Assembly: GCA_017394705.1 (NCBI GenBank)
Contig: JAFPXH010000007.1
Span: 2,973 to 66,972 of the forward strand
Source of the DNA: Paludibacteraceae bacterium
GTDB taxonomy: Bacteria; Bacteroidota; Bacteroidia; Bacteroidales; Paludibacteraceae
Direction of reading: 5' to 3'
DNA: 64,000 nucleotides
Below are positions 56,269 through 64,000 of this stretch, piece after piece. Under the pieces are notes generated by a model. The model was not told the DNA's origin, made no database searches, and saw only the letters and a list, made by a program, of their open reading frames with translations. Position numbers and translations under genes: made by a program. Position 1 is the first letter of the stretch; each line of letters opens with the position of its first letter.

Positions 56269-56712
56269 CTATTTGACACCCTCAAAATTGTCAACAATAC
56301 GCACTTTGATATCTTCGAAGTTGTCAACGATCTTTACTTTGACATCCTCAAAGTTATCCACTATACGGACGCGACCGCACTCATCTTCGAAGTTCTCTAC
56401 AAGGCGCACCCGGACATCCTCAAAGTTATCGACTATACGCACTTTGATGTCCTCGAAATTACCAACTATGCGAACCTTGCCATAGAGACGAAACGTCTTG
56501 CCATCCTTGGTAAACGTGCAATGCTCTTTGTCAATACCATCCTTTGAAACCGACGTAGCGGATGCCACCTCAGCATCTTCGGATTCCTCATACAAAGAAC
56601 GAGTAACACCATTGCACGTCACCGTGCCGGTGTTCCCGTCAATGATGATAGCCTGAGCAAAACAACCCAAGCAAAGCCCGCATAAAAGCAATATGAATGA
56701 CAAGCGTTTCAT
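56269..56712 (-). CDS. Small secreted repeat protein P6
   Basis: Start at MKRLSFILLLCGLCLGCFAQA. Five or six NFEDxKVRIVD decapeptide repeats (30-nt DNA period). Confidence 0.7.
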   Translation of the reverse strand: MKRLSFILLLCGLCLGCFAQAIIIDGNTGTVTCNGVTRSLYEESEDAEVASATSVSKDGIDKEHCTFTKDGKTFRLYGKVRIVGNFEDIKVRIVDNFEDVRVRLVENFEDECGRVRIVDNFEDVKVKIVDNFEDIKVRIVDNFEGVK

Positions 56713-56807
56713 TTTACCTTTTACCAACAAGAATTGTGCCAATACCATACCTTTTTATCACAAACTCCCGACAAAACAAAACTATTCCGCGATTTCTCCT
56801 AAAATTA

Positions 56808-56839
56808 TTTGCAAATCCCGAATTTTTTTCGTACCTTTG
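56808..56839 (+). promoter_or_regulatory. Promoter cassette (same sequence family as 48378 and 60651)
   Basis: TTTGCAAATCCCGAATTTTTTTCGTACCTTTGCAC. The palindromic ATTTGCAAAT could also serve as a -33 element for the divergent P6-P1 operon. Confidence 0.6.
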
Positions 56840-56882
56840 CACGATTTTTGATGCAGAACTTTAAAAATTAACTGCAACTTAA

Positions 56883-57668
56883 ATGGGAGCCGACGTTACA
56901 CATATTGCAAAACACAAATTTAAGGACTTGCATGACTTGACTGCAAGCAAAAAGTTTGTCATCAATACTGCCTTTCTGCTGAAGACGCAGTTGCATGATG
57001 ATGTTTGTGTACGCCGCAAAGATGTCTTATGGAAAGATATTGAGCAATTCGGCTGGGAAAAGACGCTGCTCTTTGAGCCTAAGGATGATTATCCACCGGA
57101 GTTTTCTATCAAGCTAAACCGCTACGATGTCGAACTCGTTTTGCGTCATGGCTTTTGGCAAATCAACTCGCATTACCGTTTGCATTCTTTAGTCGCCACG
57201 CACAAAGGTTGTTTCTGGCTTCGGGACATGATTTCGGATATTGTGCGAGCTTTAGGCGAAACAGAGGTTTGGCACGCCAACGAATATCTCGTAGAGGATA
57301 TTGCCGATGGTTTCCCTGAAATCGAGGATATCACCTTCGAGCAATGGCTGGACTTTGTGCAAAAAGAAGGAGTGACGGAATTTGACGAAAGTTACTGGCT
57401 CGCCCATCAAGATTCTGCTGTTGCAGTACCGAGTGTTTTCCATGATAATTTAACAGCCTTTAATGACCATTTCAATGCCATTCAAACGAAATGGCCGGCG
57501 TACCAATTAGTGGGGCTTTTCAGAAGCGAAAAAGGACACATCGGTATCAAAAATAACCAACTCTATTGGCTGAACGATGATGGAACTGCCACCCCATACG
57601 ACAGCGCCCAAGTCAAGAACATTGATTTGTATAGCGATGTAGAGAATTACGTCAATAAGGTTGAATAG
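56883..57668 (+). CDS. Hypothetical cytoplasmic protein (261 aa)
   Basis: First gene of a tight four-gene operon. No motif recognised. Confidence 0.5.
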   Translation: MGADVTHIAKHKFKDLHDLTASKKFVINTAFLLKTQLHDDVCVRRKDVLWKDIEQFGWEKTLLFEPKDDYPPEFSIKLNRYDVELVLRHGFWQINSHYRLHSLVATHKGCFWLRDMISDIVRALGETEVWHANEYLVEDIADGFPEIEDITFEQWLDFVQKEGVTEFDESYWLAHQDSAVAVPSVFHDNLTAFNDHFNAIQTKWPAYQLVGLFRSEKGHIGIKNNQLYWLNDDGTATPYDSAQVKNIDLYSDVENYVNKVE

Positions 57669-57682
57669 TAACGATTTATCCC

Positions 57683-59452
57683 ATGAGCACCCAAAGAACA
57701 GAAACACTCGTCCTCAAAGGCCAGATAACCCGCGATGATTTGGAACGATTCAACGACATGGTCCTACAGGGCAATGTCAAAATCGTTGATGTTTCAGACT
57801 TGTCTATAGACCTCCCCGATGATGACTTGGCGTTTGATTACTTGGAAGACGAATGCGAGCCAAATGTAATCGCTAAAATGCTGCTTAATAAGTGCTTTTC
57901 GCAGCAATTTACCATCAATGATGATTACGTCCTTTCTGTAGATGGAAAAGTGCTGGTTAATAGCTTCAATAAAAATGCGTTTTCCGTTCCTGAAGGAGTT
58001 GAGATTATAGGCAATTTGGCGTTCTGCTGCTATGGTTTTGACAAACTGACCATCCCTGACGGCATCAAGCAAATTGGTTATGCTGCATTCCATGCGTGTG
58101 ATAAACTTACAGACCTGATCTTATCGGACTCTGTCGAACAAATTGGAGAAACGGCATTTGGCAATTGCGGTTTGAAGCAAGTGCAACTTTCTCGGAACTT
58201 AACGATTGTTCCGGCTGGTTGTTTTGAGTACAACTATTTGGACGAGATAACTCTCCCTTCTTCTATTAAATCCATCGAGTATGAGGCGTTCCATTGCAAT
58301 CATATTGACAGCGTGCGCTTGCCGGAAGGAGTAGAGTCAATAGATAGTGAAGCGTTTGAGTATCTTGACTTCATCTATTTCCCGTCCACTATGCGGCATA
58401 TCGCCAAGGACTTCTACTACGAAGATTGTGTCAGCAGTCCGGATGAGCATATCCCGTTTATTGAGGTTAGCGCCGATAATCCCATCTTCTTTAGCGAAGA
58501 GGGTACTCTATACACCCGTGACAATCCCGATGAACCTTACTTAGGATATAAGTACGTCGGAGAAAAAGAAGAATTTGAAGATGCACGCTGGATTATTTTC
58601 CCCGAAAACCCCAAGGCGAAAGAGTATTCGCGCGAGGAGATAATGGCAATGTATAAGTATTGCATCCCCCTTAACGATGAGGGCACAATGTTCCGGATAT
58701 ATGATAAAAAATTATCGTCTAACGGTTACGGCTACAACATTATCGACCGTTGTTTGAATTACTACCTGAATGAAAAACTCGTTGACAATGTAGATGTCAG
58801 CAAGAACCATTTTGTGCTCCTCAACAGAAAAGTCATCTATTCTCTTGATCTCAAAACCGTCCTATTGAGAGAGTTTGACGATTATCGTTTCTTTGATTGT
58901 GATGATGACGGACGTATCTATGTCACAAAGTATGTCCCTGTTCCCAAAGAGCGATTGCGCATCCATTACTACATGGACACTACGCTTCGGGCTGGCTGTA
59001 TTAACATCAACAAAGAAGTACTTATCCCTTGCATATATGATGGGTTCAAAGCTATAGGTAAGTTCAACGAAGAAGGCATAGCTGTCGCGCATAAGGGGTC
59101 TAAATATGGCATGATTGACACCCATGGTAACATTATTATTCCTTTCGATTACCATTATATACACTATGGGTTCGATAAAAATGGCATTGCATTTGTTGTA
59201 AAGCAATCAAAGGGGAAAAGCACGTACATGTACATCAACAAGAAGAATGAGATTGTAGGAACATTGCTTGACTTCCACTTTAATTGGGCCAAACATGAAT
59301 TTTTCATATACACCCACAATGGAAAGTACGGATATGCCAAAACGGGAGCATTGCATTATTCCGCCCCTATCTATCAAGATATTCGCACCATTGATGACAC
59401 AACAATCGAAGTCTCCCTTGACGGTATCCATTACGAAACGATAACATATTAG
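57683..59452 (+). CDS. BspA-type leucine-rich repeat plus WG-repeat protein
   Basis: LRR_5-like units (IGNLAFCC..LTIPDGIKQIGYAAFHAC..LILSDSVEQIGETAFGNC). C-terminal SKYGMIDTHGNIIIPFDY and GKYGYAKTG WG-type repeats. No signal peptide. Confidence 0.7.
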   Translation: MSTQRTETLVLKGQITRDDLERFNDMVLQGNVKIVDVSDLSIDLPDDDLAFDYLEDECEPNVIAKMLLNKCFSQQFTINDDYVLSVDGKVLVNSFNKNAFSVPEGVEIIGNLAFCCYGFDKLTIPDGIKQIGYAAFHACDKLTDLILSDSVEQIGETAFGNCGLKQVQLSRNLTIVPAGCFEYNYLDEITLPSSIKSIEYEAFHCNHIDSVRLPEGVESIDSEAFEYLDFIYFPSTMRHIAKDFYYEDCVSSPDEHIPFIEVSADNPIFFSEEGTLYTRDNPDEPYLGYKYVGEKEEFEDARWIIFPENPKAKEYSREEIMAMYKYCIPLNDEGTMFRIYDKKLSSNGYGYNIIDRCLNYYLNEKLVDNVDVSKNHFVLLNRKVIYSLDLKTVLLREFDDYRFFDCDDDGRIYVTKYVPVPKERLRIHYYMDTTLRAGCININKEVLIPCIYDGFKAIGKFNEEGIAVAHKGSKYGMIDTHGNIIIPFDYHYIHYGFDKNGIAFVVKQSKGKSTYMYINKKNEIVGTLLDFHFNWAKHEFFIYTHNGKYGYAKTGALHYSAPIYQDIRTIDDTTIEVSLDGIHYETITY

Positions 59453-59456
59453 CCCC

Positions 59457-59885
59457 ATGAAACCCATCACCCTCATATTACCTCTCCTTGTGCTGACTTT
59501 CTCAGCCTCAGCCACTATCTATGTTGGCAGCGTCACCCATGAAGATGGCTATGGTGAGGAATACCACGATTGTGCCTACGATGTCCCGGCCACCGTTCCC
59601 ACCAAGACGGTCTATCTCTGGGGTAAAGTGCGCGTAGTAAAGGACTACAAAGATGCCGACTTGTCCGTCTATGTCGCCCAAGACCCTATACAATACGACA
59701 TGTACGTACAATGGGTGGATTCCAACCCGGACGAGTGCGGACTATGGCAGCGCGTCAATAAGGGTGAAGACTTCACCATCCAATTCGTCCAATCCCCCTC
59801 CGAAGCCGACCTCGTCATCTACTACGATGACCCACGCAAGCACTACAACGATAACGGCACATCTTATTCCCCCTTTCTAAAATAA
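59457..59885 (+). CDS. Small secreted repeat protein P7 (outlying family member)
   Basis: Signal peptide. YLWGKVRVVKDYKDADLSVYV...CGLWQRV...EADLVIYY. Confidence 0.6.
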   Translation: MKPITLILPLLVLTFSASATIYVGSVTHEDGYGEEYHDCAYDVPATVPTKTVYLWGKVRVVKDYKDADLSVYVAQDPIQYDMYVQWVDSNPDECGLWQRVNKGEDFTIQFVQSPSEADLVIYYDDPRKHYNDNGTSYSPFLK

Positions 59886-59891
59886 CAGCCC

Positions 59892-60458
59892 ATGCTCCGC
59901 TACAACGCCACATACCAGCAACGCGCCGACCGCTTGGCACAGGAAGAAAACATCTGGGCTTTTGCCCACTATGTAGGTCATTATCATGGTCCGGTTGGGT
60001 CTCTTTCCCCTCTCTCGGAACCCCAAGACTGGCTCGTGTTCAGGCCTCTTGAAAGTGACAGCCGCCCACGCGAAACAGGTCTCCCCTTCGTCATCCTCAT
60101 CAATGAGCAATATGAGGAAATGACCAACGAACTGCCGTATAACTTCGACATCATCAATGCAACGTCTCACACGGACACCCTCTCCCAAGCCCGCCGTCTC
60201 TTCCGCGAGTACGAACGCAAGGTGCAGCAAAACGACTATGCCAACGACCAGGAGCGCACCGACATCACCGCCCTCGTCAACGCCACCCATGGTACGTATC
60301 CCATACCCCGCACCGACATCTACATCTACCTGCAAGCTGCCCACCGCCTCCACCGCCGCCTCCTCGTCCTCCCGTACCCCGATGGCAAACGCCTCCACCT
60401 CATCAACGAGCAAGGTCACACCCTTGCCACCCAAGAGTACTACCTCCAACTCCAATAA
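59892..60458 (+). CDS. Hypothetical protein (188 aa)
   Basis: ATG ORF. Its stop abuts repeat module C. Confidence 0.45.
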   Translation: MLRYNATYQQRADRLAQEENIWAFAHYVGHYHGPVGSLSPLSEPQDWLVFRPLESDSRPRETGLPFVILINEQYEEMTNELPYNFDIINATSHTDTLSQARRLFREYERKVQQNDYANDQERTDITALVNATHGTYPIPRTDIYIYLQAAHRLHRRLLVLPYPDGKRLHLINEQGHTLATQEYYLQLQ

Positions 60459-60690
60459 CCCTCCGTCTATTACCCCCGCATTGAATGCGGGTCATATTGT
60501 GCACTTCGATGGCATTCTTGCCGCCGTTATCTTCTTGGTAGTTCCGCCGACTGGCAGTCGGCATTTCCCTTCGTTTCCTGCACGTAGCGACAGCTGCGTG
60601 TCTCATTTTTACCTAAAATCCCTTACATCCCGCACAATTACGCACAAAAATTTGCAAATTCCGAAAATTTTTTGTACCTTTGCGCCGTTT
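60459..60690. repeat. Intergenic module C (hairpin, conserved core, promoter cassette)
   Basis: ccctccgtctattaCCCCGCATtgaATGCGGG...cttgccgccgttatcttcttggtagttccgccgactggca...cgtagcgacagctgcgtgtctcattttt...TTTG at 60651 and TACCTTTG at 60675. Confidence 0.85.
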
Positions 60691-60738
60691 TTTGTAACTT
60701 CTGATAATTCGTATTATCAGGAATAAGCCCCAAAAGGT

Positions 60739-64000
<3,262 letters not shown>

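Overview
This 64-kb window looks like a Bacteroidales (Prevotellaceae-like) chromosome segment. Genes lack Shine-Dalgarno sites. At least 13 promoters fit the Bacteroidota TTTG-N19/20-TAnnTTTG pattern, and gene content fits that order. Housekeeping genes are interrupted by accessory blocks. The housekeeping set is a partial EEP nuclease, an ftsB-like gene, ruvC, a ferredoxin, nifJ/PFOR, two ECF-sigma modules, a Na/Pi cotransporter with a two-component system, TonB, and a redox/detox cluster. Block 1 (10.4-18.6 kb) is a co-directional six-gene block around a Type III R-M (res, mod), with two nuclease-like genes upstream and a DUF4145-like/TM pair downstream. Block 2 (25.5-32.3 kb) holds a small ORF plus HNH, an AbiL-like ATPase/RloB pair, and a complete type II CBASS (patatin, CD-NTase, Cap2, Cap3). 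It is followed by about 1 kb of decayed ORFs and a strongly structured minus-strand RNA candidate. Block 3 (39.96 to about 47-48 kb) is a Mu-like transposable prophage remnant with an S24 repressor, a Ner-like gene, a transposase, a MuB-like ATPase and early genes. It is inserted into a lipoprotein gene and has no late genes. Block 4 (54.4-60.5 kb) holds seven paralogous small secreted repeat proteins and an LRR/WG-repeat operon. Block 5 is a Type I R-M (hsdR, partial hsdM) at the right edge. Four kinds of non-coding structure stand out. A 250-300-bp intergenic module is repeated at 48.1 and 60.5 kb, with a fragment at 32.56 kb. Heptad tracts place TAA in all three frames between genes, and related heptads sit in-frame inside nifJ and an amidohydrolase. 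Tandem 11-mers are shared between the prophage repressor coding sequence and a non-coding region 6 kb away. Two DEDDh exonuclease paralogs lie 28.6 kb apart. I saw no rRNA, tRNA or CRISPR array. All family names come from reading motifs by eye; no database search was run.
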